64,000 bases of DNA from an uncultured Nitrososphaerota archaeon (GTDB lineage: Archaea > Thermoproteota > Methanomethylicia > Nezhaarchaeales > B40-G2): assembly GCA_964626365.1 (NCBI GenBank), contig CAZVDL010000006.1, forward strand, positions 144-64,143, read 5' to 3'. The notes below the pieces were generated by a model. It was not told the DNA's origin, did not search any database, and saw only the letters and a list, made by a program, of their open reading frames with translations. Position numbers and translations under genes: made by a program. Below, piece by piece: positions 46,288-55,256 of the stretch; position 1 is the stretch's first letter; every line of letters begins with the position of its first letter.

Positions 46288-47430
46288 TTAAGCTCCAGGT
46301 GATGCAAGGTAGAGCTGCACGGTCTTAAGGGCTACCCTAGCCCCGGTTACGGCGTCGACCACCTTTACGTACTCGTCCTTTACGTGAGCCTGGCCCTTGG
46401 TCATGGTACCTATACATATTACGGGAGCTGATAACATCCTACTTAGCTGGGCTGCGTCGAGCCAGCCCTTAGCTACAGCGAGCTCTGCTGTGAGCCCCTG
46501 GGCCCTTGCAGCGTTAACGGCGGCCTTCACAATGGGCGAGGAGGTATCAATTAGGTAGCCTTTAGCCCCAGAGGCCGCCCTAATCTCTATCTCACTTGGT
46601 ATTCCCTCCACGAGGGCCTTAGTCCTCTCTAGGGCGTCGAGGGGGTCTAGGTCGGGCAGTAGCCTGAAGTTGATGTTTAGTTCGCAACTATCGGGTATCA
46701 TGGTGGGCCACTCGCCTCCCTTGATGTAAGTGACGCTTACGTCCTCCCTGATCGGCATGGGCTCCTTGACCTCCCTAAGCCCCTCCCCTTCCCTAATTCT
46801 CTTTATAAGGTCACAGGCGCTATAGATCGCGTTGACCCCCTTCTCAGGCTCTGAGGAATGCCATGACCTCCCTTTAATGGTCACGCGTAGGTTAGCGATA
46901 CCCCTACACCCTACCACCACTTCGCATAGCTTGGCCTCAGCGTCTATGTGGTAGTCTAAGCATATCCCGGCGTCGGCCTTGATCCTACCCTTAAGGTGCC
47001 TCCTAGCCTCCTCCTTATTTCCGCCCTCCTCCCTAGACGTGAAGAGGAGCGTTAGCTCCCCCCTTACATCCATGTTGCTTAGCTCCTTGGCTATGGCTAG
47101 CATCGCAGCTACCCCTGCCTTATTGTCCGAGGCGCCCCTCCCGTACACCTTGCCGTCCTTTAACAGCCCTGAGTAGGGGTCTACGCTCCACCCATCCCCA
47201 GGTGGCACGGTGTCTAGGTGCGCATTTAGTAAGAGCTTTGGGCTGCCTGAGCCTATGGTGGCCACGACGTTGAAGTATTCGTCAACCTCGGCTCGGATCC
47301 CTATCTCCCTCAACTTGAAGGCTACGAGCTTAGCTACGGCCTCCTCACCGCCCGGGGGGCTTGGTGTCTTAACGAGCTCCCTCAGGGCTTCAACTAGGTA
47401 GGCTTCATCGACCACTAGGATCGACCGCAT
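46288..47430 (-). CDS. M20 metallohydrolase (ArgE/DapE-like)
   Basis: NAHLDTVP, YGRGASDNKAG, REE, AHVKDE. Confidence 0.92.
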   Translation of the reverse strand: MRSILVVDEAYLVEALRELVKTPSPPGGEEAVAKLVAFKLREIGIRAEVDEYFNVVATIGSGSPKLLLNAHLDTVPPGDGWSVDPYSGLLKDGKVYGRGASDNKAGVAAMLAIAKELSNMDVRGELTLLFTSREEGGNKEEARRHLKGRIKADAGICLDYHIDAEAKLCEVVVGCRGIANLRVTIKGRSWHSSEPEKGVNAIYSACDLIKRIREGEGLREVKEPMPIREDVSVTYIKGGEWPTMIPDSCELNINFRLLPDLDPLDALERTKALVEGIPSEIEIRAASGAKGYLIDTSSPIVKAAVNAARAQGLTAELAVAKGWLDAAQLSRMLSAPVICIGTMTKGQAHVKDEYVKVVDAVTGARVALKTVQLYLASPGA

Positions 47431-47439
47431 ACTTTTAAG

Positions 47440-47814
47440 GTGGGCGCGCCTTTAAGGCTTGCCGTGCCCAGCGCTGTCGAGGACCTAGCGAGGAAGGCCT
47501 TAGAGATCGCCTTAAACCACTATGGTTCCCTGCTTGAGGGAGTGGCCGTGAGGACGGTCAGGGCTTATTGTGAGGAGGAGAAGCCCTTCGTAGAGGTGTA
47601 CCTCTTCCTCGAAGAGCTTCCCTTAGAGGAGATGGACGCTGCCTCAGCCCTTCTCTTAAGCCTCGAGGACGGGCTCTACTCGGGAGTGGCCGTGTTTACC
47701 TTCACCACGGCGGAGGCTCAGCGTAGGGTTGACGCCTTAGCTAGCGCCTTAAGCGAAGGAGTCATCGTCTACGATAAGAGGGGCGTTGTCTCCAAGCTTA
47801 GGGAAGTAAAGTAA
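47440..47814 (+). CDS. Hypothetical protein, possibly an inactive MNT-like fold
   Basis: C-terminal ALSEGVIVYDKRG resembles MNT tails; no GSx10DxD. Confidence 0.5.
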   Translation: MGAPLRLAVPSAVEDLARKALEIALNHYGSLLEGVAVRTVRAYCEEEKPFVEVYLFLEELPLEEMDAASALLLSLEDGLYSGVAVFTFTTAEAQRRVDALASALSEGVIVYDKRGVVSKLREVK

Positions 47815-47842
47815 ATGGTTAGTTGGCCTGCCTTAATGTGGG

Positions 47843-48154
47843 CTAGGAGGCCTTAAAGCTCTCAATACCGGCTATCTTGTCGAAGAGAGGCATATGCTCC
47901 ACGACCTCCTCATCGCTATACCACCCCTCAGGGCTCTCTATGACGATCAGGTCTCCTCCCTCGATCCCTTTCTCCAGCAGCACGAAGACTACCATGAAGG
48001 GCCTAGTGGAGCTCGTGGCTACTAGCACGTCCCTCCTCGGCCTAACCACGTAGAACGAGCCTCTCCTTAAACGGGCCTCGACCTCGTCCAAGCTCTTAGA
48101 GGCCCTCCAGGTCCAGTTAAAGACGAGCGCTGTCTTTATGGGCGGGCTGCACAT
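47843..48154 (-). CDS. Hypothetical protein
   Basis: Typical codon usage; GGGG SD-like element; fills the gap. Confidence 0.65.
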   Translation of the reverse strand: MCSPPIKTALVFNWTWRASKSLDEVEARLRRGSFYVVRPRRDVLVATSSTRPFMVVFVLLEKGIEGGDLIVIESPEGWYSDEEVVEHMPLFDKIAGIESFKAS

Positions 48155-48286
48155 GGCAGCGGCCCCCTAAGCTGGCGGTTTCAAGGACGCGTAGCGTTTA
48201 GGCTGAATAAAAGTTATAAGGCTAGGAACTGAAGCCTGAGCTCTAGAGCCTAGAAAAGCCATCGGCGCGGCGAGGGTGAGTAAGGC

Positions 48287-48556
48287 GTGTCGTCAGCCGA
48301 GGTCGGTGAAATACTAGTGGGCAGGAAGCCTGTGGCCAACTACATCCAAGCCATACTGACTGCGGCCGCTAGGGGGGTCAGCGAGGTAGTACTGAAGGCT
48401 AGGGGGAGGAACATCAGCAGGGCTGTGGACGTCAGCCAGCTAGCCTTAAGGATTGTGTTAAAGGACTTCGAGGTCTCCGACGTTAAGATAGGCAGCGAGG
48501 AGGTCTCCGGCGGCCGCAGAGTGTCCACTATAGAGATAAGATTGAAGAGGAAATAG
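48287..48556 (+). CDS. albA: Alba DNA/RNA-binding protein (divergent paralog)
   Basis: ILVGRKPVANY, LKARGRNISRAVDV, IGSE, VSTIEI. Confidence 0.92.
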   Translation: MSSAEVGEILVGRKPVANYIQAILTAAARGVSEVVLKARGRNISRAVDVSQLALRIVLKDFEVSDVKIGSEEVSGGRRVSTIEIRLKRK

Positions 48557-48662
48557 AGGGCAGCGACATCACCTAATTTTTTATTATTGCCTTCCTTCTC
48601 CATTGGCGTCACAGTCAGCTTTATTACCATGAGGCCACACCATTAAGGCTGGGGGCCTCTCC

Positions 48663-49004
48663 TTGTCGCAGGATGTTATAGTTACCACCACGGGCTCTGT
48701 CCCAGGCTATGAGGTGGAGAAGGTTTTAGGGATAGTGTGGGGCGCCTCAATTAAGGCTAAGCACGTAGGAAAGGACATCAAGATGGCCTTCAAACACCTA
48801 GTGGGAGGAGAGCTGACGGACTACGCTGAGATGATGGAGGACGCTAGGCGAACCGCCCTAAGCAGGATGATCGAGCATGCAAGACAGCTCGGGGCTGACG
48901 CAGTGATTAACACGAGGATAACTACCTCCATGGTGGTCTCGGGGGCGGCAGAGATCATAGTGTACGGGACGGCTGTAAAGCTTAGGCCCACGAAGTCGAC
49001 GTAA
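48663..49004 (+). CDS. YbjQ/UPF0145 family protein
   Basis: LVGGELTDY, LGADAVI, YGTAVK. Confidence 0.93.
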   Translation: MSQDVIVTTTGSVPGYEVEKVLGIVWGASIKAKHVGKDIKMAFKHLVGGELTDYAEMMEDARRTALSRMIEHARQLGADAVINTRITTSMVVSGAAEIIVYGTAVKLRPTKST

Positions 49005-49023
49005 GCAGCGACGGTGCTTAGCG

Positions 49024-49533
49024 GTGTTTGACCCCTACGTTCCAACGCTGAGCGTAGAGGAAGTAACCCTGCCCAACGGCAGGAGGATGGAGATCAGGGT
49101 TGTCAGGCACCCAGGCGCCGTAGCGATAATACCTATGCTCAGCGAGGACCGGCTGATCATGCTTAGGCAATATAGGCCTACGGTGGGGCGCTGGCTCGTA
49201 GAGCTGCCCGCAGGCACTTTAAAACCTCATGAAAGCCCCGAAGAGTGTGCTAGGCGTGAGCTACTCGAGGAGACGGGCTACGAGGCTAGCGACCTAACTA
49301 AGCTCTTCGAAGTCTTCTTAGCGCCAGGATACAGCGACGAGCTTCTCCACGTCTACTTGGCTAGAGGTCTCGAATTTAAGGGGGCTAGGCCCAGCCCCGA
49401 TGAGGTCATAGAGGTCGTGGAGGTAAGTCTCGACGAGGCCTTGGAGCTTGTGAGGCGCAACGTTGTGAGGGACGCTAAGACGATCTCGGCTCTGCTCTAC
49501 TTGGCCTACGTCCTCCCCAAGGGACACCTTTAA
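49024..49533 (+). CDS. Nudix hydrolase (ADP-ribose pyrophosphatase-like)
   Basis: RQYR, ELPAG...ARRELLEETG, APGYSDE, DAKT. Confidence 0.93.
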   Translation: MFDPYVPTLSVEEVTLPNGRRMEIRVVRHPGAVAIIPMLSEDRLIMLRQYRPTVGRWLVELPAGTLKPHESPEECARRELLEETGYEASDLTKLFEVFLAPGYSDELLHVYLARGLEFKGARPSPDEVIEVVEVSLDEALELVRRNVVRDAKTISALLYLAYVLPKGHL

Positions 49534-49565
49534 GAGGGGGCCGCCCCCACCAACCTGGACCGCGC

Positions 49566-49961
49566 TTGCACGAGTTCTCAGTCATGCAGTCCGTAGTCGA
49601 TGCCGTGCTAGACGCTGCTAGGTCTAAGGCAGCCTCTAAGGTGCTACTCGTAAAGTTGAGGGTAGGAGAGCTAACTTTCCTAAACCCCGAGCAGCTTAAG
49701 TTCGCCTTCGAGGTCTTGACGCAGGGCACCATAGCTGAGGGCGCGGAGCTTATCATTGAGAGGGTTAAGCCGAAGGTTAAGTGCATCAAGTGTAGCTATG
49801 AAGGCGAGATCGTCTATGAGGGGGAGGAGATCCATATACCTCTAGCCCCCCTCATCATTAGGTGTCCTAAGTGCGGCTCCTATGAAGTAAGCCTACTGGC
49901 TGGTAGAGAGTGCACGTTGTCCTCCATTAGGGTGGAGGTTCCAAGACTAAAGGAACGCTAA
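49566..49961 (+). CDS. hypA: Hydrogenase nickel incorporation protein
   Basis: MHEFS, two CxxC motifs, GRE. Confidence 0.95.
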   Translation: MHEFSVMQSVVDAVLDAARSKAASKVLLVKLRVGELTFLNPEQLKFAFEVLTQGTIAEGAELIIERVKPKVKCIKCSYEGEIVYEGEEIHIPLAPLIIRCPKCGSYEVSLLAGRECTLSSIRVEVPRLKER

Positions 49962-51014
49962 GTACCTCGACCAGGCCCTTGGAGGCGAATACCTCCCAGT
50001 GAAGGGCAACCTGTATCCACAGTGAGTACAGGTCATGTCGTCCCTTAAACCCCAATACGTTATCTCGAAGCCCAGCCTCTCAACGACGGCTTTGCCGCAG
50101 CCTGGACAGTACGTGGTCCCGCCTTCACCTCCGGGCACGTTGCCTAGGTAGACGTACCTCAACCCGCTCTTCAAGGCCATCTCCTTAGCCCTCATCAGGG
50201 ACTCTATGGGGGTGGGTGGGAGGTGGGTGAACTTGAAGTGGGGGTAAAACCTGCTGAAGTGCACCGGTACGTCGGGGCCTAGCTCGTCGAAGAGCCACCT
50301 ACATAGCTGCTCGACCTCCTCACGCCCGTCATTTAGCCCGGGTATTAGCAGCGTCGTGGTTTCAACGTGGACCCCTCTACGTTTAAGCTCAGCTACGGCC
50401 CTTAGTACGTCCCTCAGCTCGCCTTTACAATACTCGCGGTAAGTGCCCTCGTTAAAGGCCTTGATGTCCACGTTGGCGGCATCGATTAGCTTAGCCGCTT
50501 CGTCCAGCGCCTCGAGGCTGATGTAGCCATTAGTGACGAACACCGTCATTACTCCGTGTTTCTTAGCCTCGAAGGCCACGTCGAGGCTATACTCGAGCCA
50601 TATAATGGGCTCGTTGTAGGTTATCGATATCGAGGGGCACTCATACCTTAAGGCGACCTCAACCACCCTTGAAGGCTCCATGAAGTCTAGGTCCTCAAGG
50701 CTGAGCCTGGAGGGCTGAGATAGGTGCCAGTTTTGACACCATGGACACTTAAAGGAGCACCCTAAGCTGCTGATTGACAGCGTGGCTGACCCAGGCCAGA
50801 AGTGGTAGAGTGGCTTCTTCTCGATGGGGTCTATGGCGAGCGCGCTAAGCCTGCCGTAGATCAGCGAGTAAAGCTTACCTCCACGGTTCTCGCGAGTGCC
50901 ACAGAACCCTCTACCTCCCTCCTTAATCACGCACTTCCTAGGACATATCGTACACCTGACCAGCCCGCCTTCAAGCCTCTCGTAGAACCTAGCCTCCACT
51001 CCCAGGTCGGTCAC
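49947..51014 (-). CDS. amrS: AmmeMemoRadiSam-system radical SAM enzyme
   Basis: CTICPRKC, DPIEKKPLYHF, GCSFKCPWCQNW, TYNEP, YVYLGNV. Confidence 0.92.
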   Translation of the reverse strand: MTDLGVEARFYERLEGGLVRCTICPRKCVIKEGGRGFCGTRENRGGKLYSLIYGRLSALAIDPIEKKPLYHFWPGSATLSISSLGCSFKCPWCQNWHLSQPSRLSLEDLDFMEPSRVVEVALRYECPSISITYNEPIIWLEYSLDVAFEAKKHGVMTVFVTNGYISLEALDEAAKLIDAANVDIKAFNEGTYREYCKGELRDVLRAVAELKRRGVHVETTTLLIPGLNDGREEVEQLCRWLFDELGPDVPVHFSRFYPHFKFTHLPPTPIESLMRAKEMALKSGLRYVYLGNVPGGEGGTTYCPGCGKAVVERLGFEITYWGLRDDMTCTHCGYRLPFTGRYSPPRAWSRYLAFL

Positions 51015-51036
51015 GACAAAAATAGGGTTGGGGGCC

Positions 51037-51357
51037 TTATAAGACCTCTACGGTGACCTTCAGCTTCTCTCCCTTCTTAATGTCGTCAGTGGCGGTTAAC
51101 TCCTTGTCTAGGTCCCAGATCTTCAGCAACCTCCATAGGCTCGCCTGCTCGCCCTTCTTGGAGCCTAGGTCAGCTATAGTCTCGAGGGGCTCGAGCTTAG
51201 CCACGTTCACGCGTATCTTGGCCGCGGTGGGAGCATCCACCTCGGCGTTGAAGTACTTCTTGCGCTCTTCCACCGTGAAAAGCTTCGAAATGGTGGTTTT
51301 CTCCCCCTTCTTAACGTCCACGGCGGCTTCAAGCTCTATGGAGCCGAGCGTAGCCAC
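51037..51357 (-). CDS. Small Lys/Glu-rich protein with duplicated AxxD(V/I)KKGEK motif
   Basis: EAAVDVKKGEK and TATDDIKKGEK; GGGGTG SD. Confidence 0.75.
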   Translation of the reverse strand: MATLGSIELEAAVDVKKGEKTTISKLFTVEERKKYFNAEVDAPTAAKIRVNVAKLEPLETIADLGSKKGEQASLWRLLKIWDLDKELTATDDIKKGEKLKVTVEVL

Positions 51358-51379
51358 GCCCGCACACCCCCTATAAATC

Positions 51380-52135
51380 TCAGCGCGCGGTGTTAGTAGG
51401 TTTAAGGTGAAAAGCTTTACGCTCTAATTCCTCTAAGATAGCCTTTAATCCCCTTGAAGCAGGCTCCTGTACAAATATGTCAGCTAGGTTGGTGAGAGCA
51501 GAGCGTTCTACGTTCACCTCTATAATTTTAGCTCCTCTACGTTTAGCTTCAAGCGGTAAGCTTGCCGCCGGCATCACCACCCCGGAGGTACCCACCACTA
51601 ACATGACGTCGCACCTGGAGGCCTCGACCAACGCCTTCCTCCACACCTCCGGGTCTAAGGGTTCACCAAACCACACTACGTCGGGCCTAAGCAACCCTCT
51701 GCAGGCTGGACACCGTGGAGGCACGGTCTCTGGGGGGCTGTTTAACCTATCCCTGAAGCCGCAGGTGGTACACTTGACTGTCCATACGTCGCCGTGAAGC
51801 TTGATGAGGTTCCTAGACCCAGCCCTCTCATGTAGGTCGTCGACGTTCTGGGTTATCACGGCCTTGACTATTCCCAGCTCCTCCATCCTAGCTATGGATA
51901 GGTGGGCGTCGTTGGGCTTCGCCTCCCTTATTAGCCTCATCCTCCATCTATACCACTCCCATACCTTGACCGGGTCCTTAGCGAAGGCTTGAGGGGTCGC
52001 GTACTCCTCCGGGTTAAAGGAGCTCCAAAGCCCCTGCGCTCCTCTAAACGTAGGTACGCCTGACTCGGCGGAGATTCCAGCGCCGGTGAAGGCCACGGCG
52101 TGCTTAGACTTTGAGAGCAGCTCAGCAGCCTCCAA
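51380..52135 (-). CDS. cobB: NAD-dependent protein deacylase (Sir2)
   Basis: GAGISAESGVPTFRG, TQNVD, LHG, Zn ribbon, RPDVVWFGE, GTS. Confidence 0.96.
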   Translation of the reverse strand: MEAAELLSKSKHAVAFTGAGISAESGVPTFRGAQGLWSSFNPEEYATPQAFAKDPVKVWEWYRWRMRLIREAKPNDAHLSIARMEELGIVKAVITQNVDDLHERAGSRNLIKLHGDVWTVKCTTCGFRDRLNSPPETVPPRCPACRGLLRPDVVWFGEPLDPEVWRKALVEASRCDVMLVVGTSGVVMPAASLPLEAKRRGAKIIEVNVERSALTNLADIFVQEPASRGLKAILEELERKAFHLKPTNTAR

Positions 52136-52136
52136 G

Positions 52137-52643
52137 CTAAGCCCCCGGCTTGGAGGCCTTCTCCCTCTGCATCGCTATCACGCCGGTTCTAGCAAGCTCC
52201 TTTATGCCGTAGCGCTTGACGATGTCCAAGAAGGCATCTATCTTCTCAGGGTCGCCTGAGAGCTCTATGGTTAGCGTGTCGGGCGAGGCGTCGACCACGT
52301 GGCCCCTGAAGATCTCCACGAACTGCATTATGTCCGTCCTGGCCTGGGAGTTTGGGGCGTGCACCTTAACCATGGCGAGCTCCCTCATCACCGTGGCCTC
52401 TGGCTTAAGCCTACTCACCTTAACCACGTCGACGAGCTTAGCGAGCTGCTTAACCACCTGCTCCACGATCTTCTCGTCCCCAGCCATGGTCATGGTTATC
52501 CTGGATATCCCCTTGGTCTCCGTGGCCCCCACGGTTATGGTGTCTATATTGAAGCCCCTCCTCCTTATCAGCGAGGACACTCTATGGAGGACGCCTGGCT
52601 TGTCCTCGACGAGGGCCAGGATGACGTGCCTATTGGACGCCAT
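52137..52643 (-). CDS. ilvN: Acetolactate synthase small subunit
   Basis: EDKPGVL, RRGFNIDTITVG, ELARTG. Confidence 0.96.
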   Translation of the reverse strand: MASNRHVILALVEDKPGVLHRVSSLIRRRGFNIDTITVGATETKGISRITMTMAGDEKIVEQVVKQLAKLVDVVKVSRLKPEATVMRELAMVKVHAPNSQARTDIMQFVEIFRGHVVDASPDTLTIELSGDPEKIDAFLDIVKRYGIKELARTGVIAMQREKASKPGA

Positions 52644-52647
52644 GTGG

Positions 52648-54348
52648 CTACCCCCAGGTCACCTCGCTTAGGTCCCTGCCTGGGAATACCATGGGGAACA
52701 CCTTCTCGTCAGGGCTGACAGGTACGTCTATCACCGTGGTCACCTCGGCTTTCATCGCCTCCTTGACCGCCGCCTCAAACTCCTCATATGACCCCACTCT
52801 GACCCCGTGGGCTCCATAGGCCTCAGCTAGCTTAACGAAGTCGGGGAGCCACTTCAGGTCTACGGCCATGAACCTCTTGCCGAACATTAAGTCCTGCCAC
52901 TGCCTAACCATGCCCAGCGAGGAGTTGTTGACTATGACCACGATCACCGGTATATTCTCGGCTATGCTGGTCGCCAAGTCCTGCTCAGTCATGAGGAAGC
53001 TTCCGTCGCCGTCGAAGTCGACGACCACCTTATCCGGCTTAGCCACCTTGGCTCCTAGGGCTGCTGGGAAGCCGAAGCCCATGGTGCCTAGGCCGCCCGA
53101 GGTTATGAAGGTCCTAGGCTGGTAGACCTCGAAGTTTATCGCTGCCCACATCTGATTCTGTCCAACCCCCGTCGTCAGTATGGCGTCGGGGGGCAGCAGC
53201 TTTCTGAGGAGCTTAACTAGCTTGGCCGGCTTAATCCCTGGAGCATCGGCCTCGTACTTGTCCTTAAACTGCTCCTTTAGCTCTTTAACCCGCTTAAACC
53301 AGGGACTCTCTTCTCCAGCCTTCTTAGCCGCCACGGACAGCACGGCCTCTTTAATAGCGGCGAGTGCAGTCCTTGCGTCGGCGACTATGGGGACGTCAGC
53401 CCTCACGTTCTTGCCTATCTCGGCCGGGTCTATGTCGACGTGTATGATCTTGGCTCTCTGAGCAAAGGTGTCGAAGCGGCCTACAGAGCGATCCGAGAAC
53501 CTCGTGCCCACGGCCAGTATGACGTCGGCCTTAGTTATGGCCGCGTTGGCCTCTCCTCTGCCGTGCATCCCTATCATGCCCAGGCAGAGCGGGTGGTTCT
53601 CGGGGATCGCGCCCTTGCCCATGAGCGTGGTCACGACAGGTACCATTAATAGCTCAGCGAGCTCGATTAGCTCCCTGCTAGCTCCCGATAATATTACGCC
53701 GCCCCCAGCTATGATGATGGGCTGCTCGGCTGAGATGAGTAGCTCAGCAGCTCTCTTGACTTGAAGTGGATGGGGACTCTTTGTGGGCGCCTTAAGCCCC
53801 CTTATCTCCACCTTCTCAGGGAACTCCACCTCATCCTCCTCGGTCTGCACGTCTCTGGGCACGTCTATCAGCACTGGGCCTGGCCTACCCGTCAAGGCTA
53901 TCTGGAAGGCGGCCTTGACGGCTAAAGGAATCTCTGAGGGAGACCTAGGCTGGAAGGTGTACTTCGTTATGGGGGTCGCTATGCCTATGATATCAGCCTC
54001 CTGAAAAGCATCCCTGCCTATCATGAACTTGGGGACCTGGCCTGTGATGGCCACGATGGGGGAGCTGTCCATGTAGGCGTTAGCTATTCCAGTGACCAGG
54101 TTGGTAGCGCCTGGCCCTGAGGTAGCCGTGCACACGCCTACTTTGCCGCTAGCTCTGGCGTAGCCGTCGGCCATGTGGGCTACGCACTGTTCATGCCTAC
54201 CTAGCACGTACCTTAGCTCCCCCTTCTCGACGGCGTCTCTCAGCTCATCGTGTATGGGTAGCGTGGCCCCGCCCGGTATGCCGAAGATAACCTCGACCTT
54301 CTCCTTCTTTAGAGCCTCCACTAGAGCCTTAGCTCCACTAAGCTTCAA
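52648..54348 (-). CDS. ilvB: Acetolactate synthase large subunit
   Basis: RHEQ, TSGPGATN, SGGLGTMGFG, GDGSF...NN, MVRQWQ. Confidence 0.97.
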   Translation of the reverse strand: MKLSGAKALVEALKKEKVEVIFGIPGGATLPIHDELRDAVEKGELRYVLGRHEQCVAHMADGYARASGKVGVCTATSGPGATNLVTGIANAYMDSSPIVAITGQVPKFMIGRDAFQEADIIGIATPITKYTFQPRSPSEIPLAVKAAFQIALTGRPGPVLIDVPRDVQTEEDEVEFPEKVEIRGLKAPTKSPHPLQVKRAAELLISAEQPIIIAGGGVILSGASRELIELAELLMVPVVTTLMGKGAIPENHPLCLGMIGMHGRGEANAAITKADVILAVGTRFSDRSVGRFDTFAQRAKIIHVDIDPAEIGKNVRADVPIVADARTALAAIKEAVLSVAAKKAGEESPWFKRVKELKEQFKDKYEADAPGIKPAKLVKLLRKLLPPDAILTTGVGQNQMWAAINFEVYQPRTFITSGGLGTMGFGFPAALGAKVAKPDKVVVDFDGDGSFLMTEQDLATSIAENIPVIVVIVNNSSLGMVRQWQDLMFGKRFMAVDLKWLPDFVKLAEAYGAHGVRVGSYEEFEAAVKEAMKAEVTTVIDVPVSPDEKVFPMVFPGRDLSEVTWG

Positions 54349-54553
54349 GAAAACCTCCCTCCCAAAACTCCTTCAAGCGGCTCTTGACGTTGAAGCTCTC
54401 TCTTAGGGGGCTTAATGCACTTGGAGGGTACCACCACTCATCCTTGGCATCCTCCTGCCCTTAAGGCCGCGGGGAGCCTGTTATTAAACCTTTAGGTCTC
54501 TCAGGCTGAGGTTTGGACGCGTTAAGATTAAATGGTTTATAGGCACCGTACAG

Positions 54554-55249
54554 TTGACGGTGGTCGGCTTGGACTACGAGGTGATTGGTGGTCCAGCCTA
54601 CTCGGCGTTGAAGGTGAAGTTAGGCCCAGGCGAGTCAGTGACGGCTGAAGCTGGGGCGATGCTGGCTATGGAGGGCGACGTGGAGGTCGAGACTAGGACC
54701 GCCGGGGGGCTATTGAAGGGACTTCTTAGGAGACTGGCTGTGGGCGAGACGTTGTTCCTCAACACCTTTAAGGCCGGCGCTAGGGGAGGCGTAGTGTGGC
54801 TTGCTCCTAGCGTGCCGGGCGACATCAAGTACCTTGAGCTTAGGCAGGAGGGCGTAATAGTCCAGGACTACGCGTACCTGGCTCACCACGGCTTCGTGGA
54901 CTACGAGCTTAAATGGAAGGGCTTAAGGGGCCTGTTAGCTGAGCCTGAAGCGGGCCTAGTGTGGATGAGAGTGTACGGTACCGGAGGTGTGTGGATTAAC
55001 AGCTACGGGGCCTTAGAGCTAAAGGAGTTGGGGCCGGGCGAAGAAATGGTGGTCGACAACAGCCACCTGGTGGCCATGGATGACACCGTGGAGTTTACCG
55101 TGGGTAAGTTTGGAGGGTGGAAGAGCTTCATGTTCGGCGGTGAGGGGCTCGTCGTCAAGTTGAGAGGCCCCGGTAGGGTCTACCTGCAGACTAGGACGCT
55201 CCCTGTCTTCGCGGAGGTCCTAGGTAGGTTTCTTCCTCGAGGGAGATGA
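54554..55249 (+). CDS. AIM24/TIGR00266 family protein
   Basis: AEAGAM, GETLFLN, VVDNSHLVA, GGEGLV...GPGRVYLQTR. Confidence 0.92.
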   Translation: MTVVGLDYEVIGGPAYSALKVKLGPGESVTAEAGAMLAMEGDVEVETRTAGGLLKGLLRRLAVGETLFLNTFKAGARGGVVWLAPSVPGDIKYLELRQEGVIVQDYAYLAHHGFVDYELKWKGLRGLLAEPEAGLVWMRVYGTGGVWINSYGALELKELGPGEEMVVDNSHLVAMDDTVEFTVGKFGGWKSFMFGGEGLVVKLRGPGRVYLQTRTLPVFAEVLGRFLPRGR

Positions 55250-55256
55250 GACGCTC

